Made by a program: the position numbers and the translations under genes
Shown here: piece after piece, positions 27,734 through 37,259 of the stretch
How positions within the stretch are numbered: position 1 is the stretch's first letter
How the letters are laid out: each line of letters begins with the position of its first letter
Notes under the pieces: model-generated
The model's database searches: none
Told to the model about the DNA's origin: nothing
Seen by the model: only the letters and a program-made list of their open reading frames with translations
Source: an uncultured Alphaproteobacteria bacterium
GTDB taxonomy: Bacteria > Pseudomonadota > Alphaproteobacteria > Rhizobiales > Xanthobacteraceae
Length of the DNA: 64,000 nt
Reading direction: 5' to 3'
Assembly: GCA_963753355.1 (NCBI GenBank)
Contig: CAVWBV010000005.1
Location: forward strand, 12,735 to 76,734

Positions 27734-29463
27734 GTGCATCTACCGCCAGCGCGGCCAAGGCTCCGGCCGTCGCCTCGCAACACGCGCAGCCCAAGTCCGA
27801 CATCGAGATTTCGCAGGCCGCGAAAAAGCGCCCGATTCTGGATATTGCGCAGGAAAAGCTCGGGATCGGGCCGGAGAATCTCGAGCCCTACGGCCACTAC
27901 AAGGCCAAGATATCGATGGACTTCATCAAGTCCATCCAAGGCCGACCGAACGGCAAATTGATCCTGGTCAGCGCGATTAACCCGACGCCGGCCGGCGAAG
28001 GCAAGACGACGACGACGGTGGGCTTAACCGATGCGCTCAATCATATCGGCAAGAAGGCGATGCTGTGCATTCGCGAGCCGTCGCTTGGTCCGTCATTCGG
28101 CATGAAGGGCGGCGCGGCCGGCGGCGGCTACGCCCAGGTCGTGCCGATGGAGGACATCAATCTGCATTTTACCGGCGACTTTCACGCGATCACGTCCGCG
28201 AACAATTTGCTCGCGGCGATGCTCGATAACCACATTTATTGGGGCAACACGCTCGGCATCGATGAACGCCGCGTAGCGTGGCGCCGCGTGCTCGACATGA
28301 ACGATCGCGCATTGCGCTCGATCGTCTCATCGCTTGGCGGTGTGGCTAATGGCTTCCCGCGTGAGGACGGCTTCGACATTACGGTCGCCTCGGAGGTCAT
28401 GGCGATCTTCTGCCTGGCGCGCGACCTCGATGATCTGAAGAAGCGGCTCGCCAATATCGTCGTCGCCTATACCCGCGATCGAAAGCCGGTGCGCGCCGGC
28501 GACCTGAAAGCGCAAGGCGCGATGACCGTGCTGCTCAAGGAGGCGCTGGCGCCGAACCTCGTGCAGACGCTCGAGGGCACGCCTGCCTTCATTCACGGCG
28601 GGCCGTTCGCCAATATCGCGCACGGCTGCAACTCGGTTCTCGCCACGACGACGGCGCTCAAGCTCGCCGACTACGTCGTCACCGAGGCGGGCTTCGGGGC
28701 CGATCTCGGCGCGGAAAAATTTCTCGATATCAAATGCCGCAAAACCGGGCTTTCGCCCGACTGTGTCGTACTCGTCGCTACCATTCGCGCGCTGAAGATG
28801 CACGGCGGCGTCAAGAAAGAAGACCTCAAGCATGAGAATCTCGGCGCGCTCGAAGCCGGGATGAGCAACCTGCAACGTCACGTCGAGAACATGCGAAAAT
28901 TCGGCGTCGTTCCGCTGATCTCGATCAACCGCTTTTCATCGGATACCGACGCTGAAATCAAGCTGGTGGAAGAGAAGTGCAAGGCGCTTGGCGTCGAGGC
29001 ACTGATGGCCGACCACTGGGCGCTGGGCGGCGAGGGCGCCGCCGACGTCGCGCGCGCCGTGGTCAAAATCTGCGACAGCGGGCAGAGCAAGCTCAAGCTG
29101 CTCTATCCTGACGACATGCCGCTCCTGGAAAAAATCCGCACCATCGCCCGCGAAATCTATCGCGCGAAGGATATCTCGGTCGACAAGTCGGTGCGCGACC
29201 AGCTGGCGAATTTCGAGGCCATGGGATACGGAAAGTTTCCGATTTGTATTGCAAAAACACAGTACAGCTTCTCGACCAATCCTGACGCCAAGGGCGCGCC
29301 GGCCGATCACGTCATACCGGTACGCGAGGTGAGACTTTCCGCCGGCGCCGAATTCGTTGTCGCCATCTGCGGTGAGATCATGACCATGCCGGGTCTGCCG
29401 AGGGTCCCTGCCGCGGATTCGATCGACATCGGCGGCGACGGAAGAATCGTTGGGTTGTTCTGA
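27730..29463 (+). CDS. fhs: formate--tetrahydrofolate ligase
   Basis: P-loop [14 protein letters not shown], the [18 protein letters not shown] motif, and length and conservation typical of FTHFS. Confidence 0.93.
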   Translation: MSASTASAAKAPAVASQHAQPKSDIEISQAAKKRPILDIAQEKLGIGPENLEPYGHYKAKISMDFIKSIQGRPNGKLILVSAINPTPAGEGKTTTTVGLTDALNHIGKKAMLCIREPSLGPSFGMKGGAAGGGYAQVVPMEDINLHFTGDFHAITSANNLLAAMLDNHIYWGNTLGIDERRVAWRRVLDMNDRALRSIVSSLGGVANGFPREDGFDITVASEVMAIFCLARDLDDLKKRLANIVVAYTRDRKPVRAGDLKAQGAMTVLLKEALAPNLVQTLEGTPAFIHGGPFANIAHGCNSVLATTTALKLADYVVTEAGFGADLGAEKFLDIKCRKTGLSPDCVVLVATIRALKMHGGVKKEDLKHENLGALEAGMSNLQRHVENMRKFGVVPLISINRFSSDTDAEIKLVEEKCKALGVEALMADHWALGGEGAADVARAVVKICDSGQSKLKLLYPDDMPLLEKIRTIAREIYRAKDISVDKSVRDQLANFEAMGYGKFPICIAKTQYSFSTNPDAKGAPADHVIPVREVRLSAGAEFVVAICGEIMTMPGLPRVPAADSIDIGGDGRIVGLF

Positions 29464-29554
29464 CGGTCTTTGCGGGAACCACAATCCTGTTCCGCTGCTC
29501 GGAGCGCATCTGTTGGATCATTCTCCGCGATGACGGATAAAAAGGAGAGGACGA

Positions 29555-30235
29555 ATGTTGAAGTTCTATTTTAGCGGTGCTCCCAATCCCACCAAAGTTG
29601 CATTGTTCCTGGAGGAAGCCGGGCTTCCCTACGAGGCAATTCCGGTCGACACCCGTCGGGGCGACCAGCACAAGGCTGACTATCTCGCCATCAACCCGAA
29701 CGCCAAGGTGCCGGCGATCGTCGACGGCGACGTCACGGTGTTCGATTCGAACGCTATCCTGCTTTACCTCGCGGAAAAGACCGGAAAGTTTCTGCCGCCG
29801 AAAGGCGACAAGGCGCGCGGCGAATTGCTGTCGTGGCTGATGTTCGTTGCTTCCGGTGTCGGTCCGTATTCCGGACAGCTCGTCCATTTCAAGATTTACG
29901 CGCCGGAGAAGAACGAATACGCCATCAACCGCTATGCCTTCGAGACCCAGCGCCATTTTGCCATCCTTGATGCGCGGCTCGCCAAGCAGAAATACATGAT
30001 CGGCGACACCTACACGATCGTCGACATGGACGTGTGGGGCTGGGCACGCCTCATGCCGCTCGGCGAACCGGCGTGGTCGAAGTTTCCTAACCTGAAGCGC
30101 TTTGTCGACGAAATCAGCGCGCGGCCCGCGGCGCAACGGGCTGTCACGCTCAAGGACAAGCACAAGTTCAAGGCGGAAATGGACGACGAGGCGCGCAAGG
30201 TGATGTTCCGGCACATGACCGAAAAGGTCGCCTGA
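29555..30235 (+). CDS. glutathione S-transferase (YfcG/Nu-like)
   Basis: NPTKVALFLEEAGLPYE...INPNAKVPAIVDG...VFDSNAILLYLAEKTGKF. AAGGAGAGGA SD. Confidence 0.88.
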   Translation: MLKFYFSGAPNPTKVALFLEEAGLPYEAIPVDTRRGDQHKADYLAINPNAKVPAIVDGDVTVFDSNAILLYLAEKTGKFLPPKGDKARGELLSWLMFVASGVGPYSGQLVHFKIYAPEKNEYAINRYAFETQRHFAILDARLAKQKYMIGDTYTIVDMDVWGWARLMPLGEPAWSKFPNLKRFVDEISARPAAQRAVTLKDKHKFKAEMDDEARKVMFRHMTEKVA

Positions 30236-30345
30236 TCAGAACAAGCCGGTTTGCCTCGTCGCTTGTTTAGGCGGGTGAGAAGAACTACGCGCGACGTTGT
30301 GACAAGCACAGCGGCGTCGACTCGATTGGCGCCGCTGTCTCCGCT

Positions 30346-30996
30346 TTACCGACACGTCACCGATATCTTGTTGGAGAAGTCCGCGCCCATGCCGATATTG
30401 GCCTCGGACGTCGCGAGATTCTTGTCGAGGCGTAGTTCAGCCGGGAAATTGTCATCCTGCGGTTTCTCGACTGACAGAGTGCACCCGGCCGGCGCACCGA
30501 CGAGCCGTACGGGGTTTTCTGAGGCAAAGCCGAAATCGATGAAAAATTCCGGATCGTAAATCTCGACGTCGATTGCTTTCGCCTTCACCGGCGTCTTGAA
30601 CGGCATCGTGAAGTGCAGCGTCAGCGTTGTCGCCTTCGCATCGTAGTCGAGAAAATAATTTATCGGCGGCAGAAAAGCATCTTTCAGTTTCTTCCCGTTC
30701 GCCTTGGCGTAAGTGAAATACGCGTAGTCCTTCAGCGAATCGATGTTCACTTGGGCCAGGGCCGCGAGTTCGCCGCGGCTGAACGTGCCTTTGGTCTTCT
30801 GCTCGATTCCTTGCGTGGCGAAAGCGGAGAACATGTCGTCGAAGGTCCAGGCGTTGCGAACGCCGGTGACCGAGCCATCCGGAGCGTAAAGAAGTTCTTC
30901 GGTCATGGTGACCCAGACGTGCGGGTGCGCGTGCGCACGTCCCGCCGCAAGCGCGCCGGCGAGGAGGGCGATCAAGAAGGCGAAACGATATAACAT
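30346..30996 (-). CDS. DUF1007 family periplasmic protein (usually partnered with a Ni/Co-type permease)
   Basis: Signal peptide followed by HAHPHVWVTMTEELLY...WTFDDMFSAF, characteristic of DUF1007/COG3683. The start is ATG 30996 or GTG 31038. Confidence 0.75.
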   Translation of the reverse strand: MLYRFAFLIALLAGALAAGRAHAHPHVWVTMTEELLYAPDGSVTGVRNAWTFDDMFSAFATQGIEQKTKGTFSRGELAALAQVNIDSLKDYAYFTYAKANGKKLKDAFLPPINYFLDYDAKATTLTLHFTMPFKTPVKAKAIDVEIYDPEFFIDFGFASENPVRLVGAPAGCTLSVEKPQDDNFPAELRLDKNLATSEANIGMGADFSNKISVTCR

Positions 30997-31131
30997 CAGG
31001 TCTGCGCTCGGATGCCGGCGAATAAGACTGGCCCCCACTTTAATACCGAGTGGGGCGGAAAGGGGGCTTAATCCGAATAAGGTGGTCGGCGCGGCGAAAT
31101 CGCGTTTCCGGCCGGAAGAAAGGGCGGTTCA

Positions 31132-31341
31132 ATGGAATACAAAGAGTACGTCATTTCGGAATTCGTCAATGAAAAGGGACAATGGCAAGCCCACATCCGC
31201 CGCCAGGACGGCAAGCACATGAGCGTTGACGGGGCGTCCGTGCCAGTGTTCACGACCGCGCACGCTGATACGGAAAACGAGGCGGTGCGAGTGGCAAAAG
31301 AGGCGATCGATACGAGAAAGGTATCCCTCGCAAGAGGGTGA
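31132..31341 (+). CDS. small hypothetical protein (69 aa)
   Basis: Isolated ORF in a lower-GC pocket. The MEYKEYVISEF..GQWQAHIRRQDGK pattern resembles small conserved alphaproteobacterial hypotheticals I recall. The SD is weak. Confidence 0.45.
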   Translation: MEYKEYVISEFVNEKGQWQAHIRRQDGKHMSVDGASVPVFTTAHADTENEAVRVAKEAIDTRKVSLARG

Positions 31342-31373
31342 TACGCGCGTCAGACGCTCGGCGGGGCGTTGAC

Positions 31374-32963
31374 CTACACGCCCGCCGCGCCCCCGTCCGA
31401 GCGCGGATCATGGGCGCCTTCCAAATTGCCGTCGGGATGCAGCACCACTGCGCCGGCATGGCCCATGACATCGGAATAAGGCTCATCGACGAATTCGACT
31501 TCATGGCCGGCGTGAACAAGGGCGTCGATCAATGCGTCGTCAAACCGCGGCTCCAGCCGCAGCGCGGTGCGCGGATCGCCCCAGGTCCGGCCGAGCACCC
31601 AGCGCGGACGATCGATCGCGTCTGCAAGCGGCTCGCCGAACAGCGCGTAACGCGTGAACACGGCGCCCTGCGTTTGCGGCTGGCCATCGCCTCCCATGGT
31701 GCCATACGCCATCACCCGTCCGTCCTTCAGGACGGCGAGTGCCGGATTGAGTGTGTGGAACGGCACACGCCCGGGCACCAGAAAGTTGAGCGCTCCGCGT
31801 TGCAGCGAGAAATTGATGCCGCGGTTCTGCATCAGCACGCCGGTCTGCGGCAGCACGCAGCCGGAGCCGAACTCCCAATAGAGCGATTGAATATAGGACA
31901 CGACCAGGCCCGAACCGTCGGCAGCGCCCATCCAGATTGTGTCGCCTTCGCTCGCGCCGAGCGGCCACGGCGCCGCCCTGTGCCGATCGATTTTCATGGC
32001 CTCGCCGGCAATGAAGCGCGGCTCGAGAACGCGCTCGAGCGCATGCGCCAGATTTCCCGGATCGGTCACGACGCGATCGCGCATCCGCAGCGCGCGCTTG
32101 GTTGATTCGACCAGGCCATGGATATGGTCAAATCCTTCTGCTTCGGTAACGCCGAGCCGGTCGAACAACGCCAGGATCATCAATGAGGCGACGCCTTGCG
32201 TCGGCGCGTCCGTGTTGTAGATCGCGGCTTTCGCCAATTCGACGTGCAGGGGTTCGCGCACCGTCGCCCGGTAACGGGTGAAATCCTCGCGGGTCAGCGG
32301 ACTGCCGATCCGCTCCAGATCGGCCGCGATCTCGCGCCCGATATCGCCGCGGTAAAAATCGTCGAGACCGGCATGAGCGAGTTGGTCAAGCGTTAATGCG
32401 AACGCTTCCTGTTCCAGGACGGTCCCTTCCGGCGGCGCCTTGCCGTCTAGCAGAAAGGCGTCGGCGAAACCGGGCACGGGCGCCAATTCGGCAAGCTTTT
32501 CCGCCGTGAGCCGCGCCTGGCTCCGCGTCACCGTGTAGCCGGCGCGGGCACGCTCGATGGCGGAGGCGAGCAAGACCTTGAGAGGCAACTTGCCGCCGAG
32601 CGCGTGAGCATTTTCAAGCGCGACGGCCCAACCGCCTACGGCGCCCGGCACTGTAAGCGCCGCGAGTGGTCCTCGCGGCGGGATCGTCTCGTAATCGCGA
32701 TAAAACTCGGGCTGCGCTGCCGCTCCGGCGGGGCCCGGCGCCATAATGGTCCGCACGCGGCCCGACGGCTCGCGGATCGTCCAAAAGCCATCGCCGCCCA
32801 CGTGGTTCATGTGCGGATAGACGACCGCGATCATGGCCGCCATGGCGAGCATGGCTTCGAGTGCGTTGCCACCCTCGGCGAGGATGTCGCGACCGGCCTC
32901 CGCGGCGGCGAAATGCGGCGCGCAGGCGACGCCGCGGCGGTGACCGGCGCTGTGCAAATCCAT
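31374..32963 (-). CDS. gamma-glutamyltransferase family protein
   Basis: 529-aa ORF. N-terminal AAEAGRDILAEGGNALEAMLAMAAMIAVVYPHMNHVGGDGFW matches the GGT fold pattern. It starts 5 nt downstream of dcp on the same strand. Confidence 0.8.
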   Translation of the reverse strand: MDLHSAGHRRGVACAPHFAAAEAGRDILAEGGNALEAMLAMAAMIAVVYPHMNHVGGDGFWTIREPSGRVRTIMAPGPAGAAAQPEFYRDYETIPPRGPLAALTVPGAVGGWAVALENAHALGGKLPLKVLLASAIERARAGYTVTRSQARLTAEKLAELAPVPGFADAFLLDGKAPPEGTVLEQEAFALTLDQLAHAGLDDFYRGDIGREIAADLERIGSPLTREDFTRYRATVREPLHVELAKAAIYNTDAPTQGVASLMILALFDRLGVTEAEGFDHIHGLVESTKRALRMRDRVVTDPGNLAHALERVLEPRFIAGEAMKIDRHRAAPWPLGASEGDTIWMGAADGSGLVVSYIQSLYWEFGSGCVLPQTGVLMQNRGINFSLQRGALNFLVPGRVPFHTLNPALAVLKDGRVMAYGTMGGDGQPQTQGAVFTRYALFGEPLADAIDRPRWVLGRTWGDPRTALRLEPRFDDALIDALVHAGHEVEFVDEPYSDVMGHAGAVVLHPDGNLEGAHDPRSDGGAAGV

Positions 32964-32968
32964 GAGCG

Positions 32969-35044
32969 CTAGTGTGTCACGGCCCGCGGAGCAAAACCAC
33001 GCTTGCGCAGCAATGGGTCAGGGCTCGGGAGGCGGCCGCGAAATGCCTCGTAGGCGTCGGCCGGATCGCGCGATCCGCCGGAGGCGTAGATCGTCTCTTG
33101 AAGCCGCTTGGCGGTCGCCGGATCGAAAATATCGCCGGTCTCTTCGAAGGCCTCGAAGGCGTCCGCGTCGAGAACCTCCGACCACATGTAACTGTAATAC
33201 CCGGCCGCATAGCCGCCGCCGGAAAAGATGTGAGCGAAATGCGGCGGCCGATGGCGCATGGCGATCTCGCCCGGCATGCGGATGTGCGAAAGCGTACCGG
33301 TCTCGCGGCTCCGGGCATCGACACCAGCCGTTGGCAGCGAATGAAAGTCGAGGTCGATGAAGGCGGATGCGAGGTATTCGACGGTCGCAAAGCCCTGATT
33401 GAAATTGCGCGCGGCGATCAGCCGTTGCAGCAGGTCTTCGGACATTGGCGCTCCGGTTTCATAGTGCCGGGCGAAGCGCCGCAAAACTTCCGGCTGTTCC
33501 AGCCAATGCTCGTAGAGTTGCGATGGCAGCTCGACAAAATCGGTTGCGACATTGGTGCCCGAAATCTGCGGATAGGTGACCGAGGAAAGCAGGCCGTGCA
33601 AGGCGTGGCCGAATTCGTGAAATAGAGTGCGGGCATCGTCGAAGCTCAAAAGCGTCGGCTGGCCGGCGGCGGCCTTGGCGAAATTGCACACATTGATGAT
33701 GATCGGGCGAACCGGACCGTCGAGCTTTTGTTGGTCGCGGAGCGAGGTCATCCAGGCACCGCTGCGCTTTGAGGGCCGGGCGAAGTAATCCCCGAAGAAG
33801 AGCCCGAGGTCGCTGCCCTCGCGATCGCGAACCTGCCAGACCTGCACGTCGGGATGCCAGATCGGAACATCGTCGCGGCGGGTGAAGCTCAAGCCGAATA
33901 GCCGCTCCGCGGTGTAGAATGCCGCCTGGATCATGGCCTCGAGCTTGAGGTAGGGCTTGATGGCTGCTTCATCGACGTTGCAGCGCTGCTGCCGCAGCTT
34001 TTCGGCGTAGTAGCGCCAGTCCCAAGGCGCCAGCGCGAAGTTGCCGCCTTCGTCCTGGACCAGCGCGTCGAGCTCGTCCCGATCGGTAACGGCCTTTTCC
34101 CGCGCCTTAGCCCAGACCGTGTGGAGCAGCTCGCGCACCGCCTGCGGTGTCTTTGCCATCGCGTCGTCCAGCCGATAATGGGCGAAATCGGAGAAGCCGA
34201 GCAGACGGGCGCGCTCGGCGCGCAGCTTCACGATTTCGTCGATAATGGCGTTGTTGTCGGTCGGGCCGCCGTTGTCGCCACGCTTGATGAACGCCTGAAA
34301 CACCTTTTCCCGCAGGTCGCGCCGCCGCGCGAATTGCAGAAACGGTTCAGCGCTCGACCGCGACAGCGTGACGACATGGCCGGTGAGGCCGCGCTCCTGG
34401 GCGTCGGACTTCATCGCCTCCCGCATGAAGTCCGGGAGGCCGGCAAGCTCGTCGCCGGAGAGTGGAAGGGCGAACGCCTGCTCATCGGCGAGGACGTTTT
34501 GGCTGAACGCGGCGCCCAGCGCCGCCAGCCGCTCGATAATTTCGGCGAGCCGCTTTTTGGCGGGACCGTCGAGCGCGGCGCCGGCCCGGCGGAAGCTGAC
34601 GTGATAGCGCTCGAGGACGCGCTTTTGCTCCGCGTCCAGTCCGGGCGAATTGCCTCGGCTCGCCAGCGCATCGATGCGGCCGAACAGGGCGGCGTTGGTG
34701 TGAATCTTGTTCCAATGGCCCGCAATACGCGGCGCCATTTCGCGCTCGATGTCGAGCAGCGCGCCGTTGCTATGGGCGCCGACCAGGAGGTGAAAGACAT
34801 TTTCCACCCGCTCCAGCGCGCGGCCGCTTCGTTCCAGCGCCTCGATGGTATTGGCGAAATTGGGCGCGGCGCTCGAGCCGGCAATTTCGGCGATCTCAGC
34901 GTCGTGCTCGGCTAACGCCCGCTCATAGGCAGGGACGAAGTGTCCCGGCTCTATCTCGCCGAAAGGCGGCGCTTCTTCGGGCGTTTGCCAGGGCGCGAAG
35001 AACGGATTTTTGTCGGTCATCGGCTGGGAATGAGTGAGGACCAT
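32969..35044 (-). CDS. dcp: M3-family peptidyl-dipeptidase
   Basis: 691-aa ORF with the zinc motif HEFGHALHGLLS and overall Dcp/oligopeptidase A architecture. Confidence 0.9.
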   Translation of the reverse strand: MVLTHSQPMTDKNPFFAPWQTPEEAPPFGEIEPGHFVPAYERALAEHDAEIAEIAGSSAAPNFANTIEALERSGRALERVENVFHLLVGAHSNGALLDIEREMAPRIAGHWNKIHTNAALFGRIDALASRGNSPGLDAEQKRVLERYHVSFRRAGAALDGPAKKRLAEIIERLAALGAAFSQNVLADEQAFALPLSGDELAGLPDFMREAMKSDAQERGLTGHVVTLSRSSAEPFLQFARRRDLREKVFQAFIKRGDNGGPTDNNAIIDEIVKLRAERARLLGFSDFAHYRLDDAMAKTPQAVRELLHTVWAKAREKAVTDRDELDALVQDEGGNFALAPWDWRYYAEKLRQQRCNVDEAAIKPYLKLEAMIQAAFYTAERLFGLSFTRRDDVPIWHPDVQVWQVRDREGSDLGLFFGDYFARPSKRSGAWMTSLRDQQKLDGPVRPIIINVCNFAKAAAGQPTLLSFDDARTLFHEFGHALHGLLSSVTYPQISGTNVATDFVELPSQLYEHWLEQPEVLRRFARHYETGAPMSEDLLQRLIAARNFNQGFATVEYLASAFIDLDFHSLPTAGVDARSRETGTLSHIRMPGEIAMRHRPPHFAHIFSGGGYAAGYYSYMWSEVLDADAFEAFEETGDIFDPATAKRLQETIYASGGSRDPADAYEAFRGRLPSPDPLLRKRGFAPRAVTH

Positions 35045-35187
35045 GGAAAGACCTGCCTGATATATGGCCCGTGCTACATAAAGTTAATGGCGCAAAAGCG
35101 CCTTGGCCGCTCGCGGACAGGCCTGAATGACGCCTTGATCGAACTCCAGCTTTCGGAGAGAGTGCCGCCGCATTGAGCGCACCGAGC

Positions 35188-35457
35188 ATGGCGATGACCG
35201 ACTCCAATCTGCAAGCGACCCGCCGGCCCCGCCGAATCGTCTGGGAGAATGTGCTGACCGTTGTCAGCGCGGCCATTCTCATCAGTGCCGAAGTGTTCGG
35301 CGCCGCGTTTGCCGGCAGCTGGGCGATCGCCAATTTGCTTGCTCTCGGCACTGTCGGCGCGCGCGCACTCGACGGATTGTTTGTGCTGATCGGCATTGTC
35401 GTGATGGTGCAGTTCGTGCGCGCCGCGCGCCGCATCGAGCCGTTCACCGCCGACTAA
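35188..35457 (+). CDS. small membrane protein (2 predicted TM segments), hypothetical
   Basis: The ORF has two hydrophobic stretches (VLTVVSAAILISAEVFGAAFAG; LFVLIGIVVMVQFV). No recognisable domain. Confidence 0.45.
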   Translation: MAMTDSNLQATRRPRRIVWENVLTVVSAAILISAEVFGAAFAGSWAIANLLALGTVGARALDGLFVLIGIVVMVQFVRAARRIEPFTAD

Positions 35458-35942
35458 AACTCGCCGCGCGCTTCAGCTCGCGAACCGGTGCACGCTTTTA
35501 CGTCTCGTTAAGACCAAAAAGCTTGCACCGCGTGTCACAATAGATTATTTCGGAGCTGCCCAATTTCGCACGTGCCTGTGGCCGTGTGTCGGTCGGTGGG
35601 CATCCGGACAAGAGGCCGGACAGCCGCCTAAGGAAGGGAAGACTACTTCCTTAACTCCCGCGACCGGCAGCCGGAGGCGAAACCGGCATAGCCCGTTCTC
35701 AACGGGCGACGCGGCTTAAAGCAACGACGGAAGGGCTTTTTTGGTTACTGCCGGCGCGAATGCCGGGGACACCGGAAAGGCTTGTCCATCTTTGCCAGCA
35801 GTGCGGAACGGGATCTCCCTCATCCGGACCAAGGCAGCAATCACGGCGACGGAAGCGCTCTGCTTTCCAGCGGAGTCATGCACGTCGCAGGAGGTTCACC
35901 TAGGCGGCTACGCCGCCGGCCGGATTAGGGAGTTAAGTGGAA
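35458..35942 (+). promoter_or_regulatory. long structured 5' leader of the decarboxylase gene; candidate cis-regulatory RNA (possibly the alphaproteobacterial speF element)
   Basis: ~480 nt without a credible ORF. Hairpins at 35629-35653 (8 bp) and 35691-35707 (7 bp). GGGCTTTTTT tract at 35733-35742. TTAACTCCC (35651-35659) is perfectly complementary to the RBS region GGGAGTTAA (35928-35936). Confidence 0.45.
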
Positions 35943-37073
35943 ATGACCACGCGCATCCGCGAATTCCTCAAGCACCGCACTGATAACGGACCCTGCCTCG
36001 TCCTCGACCTCGACGTCGTGCGCGAGAACTACCAACACTTCGCCAAGGCACTGCCCGACACGACCGTCTTTTATGCCGTCAAGGCCAATCCGGCCCCGGA
36101 AATCCTCAAGCTGCTCGTGGGGATGGGCTGCTGCTTCGATGTCGCCTCCATCGGCGAGACCCACGCGGTGCTTGGAGCCGGCGCCACCGCCGACCGTATC
36201 TCCTACGGCAACACCATCAAGAAAGAGAGCGAGATAGCGGCGGCCTTTGCGCTCCGCGTGACGCTCTTTGCTGTCGACTGCGAGGCGGAGGTCGAGAAAA
36301 TCGCCCGCGCCGCTCCTGGCAGCCGGGTGATCTGCCGGATCGTCTGTGACGGGTCCGGCGCCGAGTGGCCCCTGTCGCGCAAATTCGGCTGCGAGCCGGT
36401 TTATGCCGCCGACATCCTCGAACATGCGCACAAGCTCGGCCTGGTACCACATGGCGTTTCGTTCCATGTCGGCTCGCAGCAGCACAACGTCGAAGCCTGG
36501 GATCGGGCGCTTGCCTCGACCGCGGCCGTCTTCCGCGCCTGCGCCGAACGCGGCATCTCGTTGTCGATCGTCAATCTCGGCGGCGGCTTCCCGGCGCGCT
36601 ACGTGCGCAAGACGCCAAAACTTGAATCCTATGGCAAGGCCATCTTTCGCTCGCTGCGCAAGCACTTCGGCAACAACTTGCCCAACACCATCATCGAGCC
36701 CGGTCGCGGTCTTGTCGGCAATGCCGGCATGATCGAAGCCGAGGTGGTCTTGATCGCCAAGCGCTCGCCAGAAGACGAGGTGCGTTGGGTTTATCTCGAT
36801 ATCGGCAAATTCCACGGTTTGGCGGAAACGATCGGGGAATCGATCCGCTATCCGATCCGCACGGCCAAGGACCGCGATGAGACGGCCCCCTGCATCGTCG
36901 CTGGTCCTACGTGCGACTCAGTCGATGTGCTCTACGAGAAGACGCCGTACCCGTTGCCGGTGTCGCTCGCCATCGGCGACAAGGTTTTGATCGAGGCCGC
37001 CGGCGCCTATACGACGACCTACTCCTCGGTCGGCTTCAACGGCTACCCGCCGCTGCGGCAGTACGTGATCTAG
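35943..37073 (+). CDS. type III PLP-dependent ornithine/lysine decarboxylase (Orn/DAP/Arg decarboxylase family 2)
   Basis: PLP-lysine motif FYAVKANPAPEILKLL, GCCFDVASIGE, and EPGRGLVGNAG near the C-terminal barrel. ~377 aa. Confidence 0.9.
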   Translation: MTTRIREFLKHRTDNGPCLVLDLDVVRENYQHFAKALPDTTVFYAVKANPAPEILKLLVGMGCCFDVASIGETHAVLGAGATADRISYGNTIKKESEIAAAFALRVTLFAVDCEAEVEKIARAAPGSRVICRIVCDGSGAEWPLSRKFGCEPVYAADILEHAHKLGLVPHGVSFHVGSQQHNVEAWDRALASTAAVFRACAERGISLSIVNLGGGFPARYVRKTPKLESYGKAIFRSLRKHFGNNLPNTIIEPGRGLVGNAGMIEAEVVLIAKRSPEDEVRWVYLDIGKFHGLAETIGESIRYPIRTAKDRDETAPCIVAGPTCDSVDVLYEKTPYPLPVSLAIGDKVLIEAAGAYTTTYSSVGFNGYPPLRQYVI

Positions 37074-37096
37074 CGCCAGTTCTCAGTCCGCACAGT

Positions 37097-37128
37097 TCCC
37101 CGGGCCGCAAGCCCGGGGACTTGTTTGC
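37097..37128 (+). terminator. Rho-independent terminator candidate after the decarboxylase gene
   Basis: 9-bp GC-rich stem TCCCCGGGC/GCCCGGGGA with loop CGCAA, followed by CTTGTTTG. Confidence 0.65.
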
Positions 37129-37259
37129 CGGGACAGTGAGCGACCCGATCGCGTTTTCGCTAAATTTTACTCGACAATTCCTGCTGGTCGGGACGTGGCT
37201 TTAACCTATGTCCCTAAAGATGCGCGGGTACGCCCCCGAACTTAATCCCAGAGGATCAG

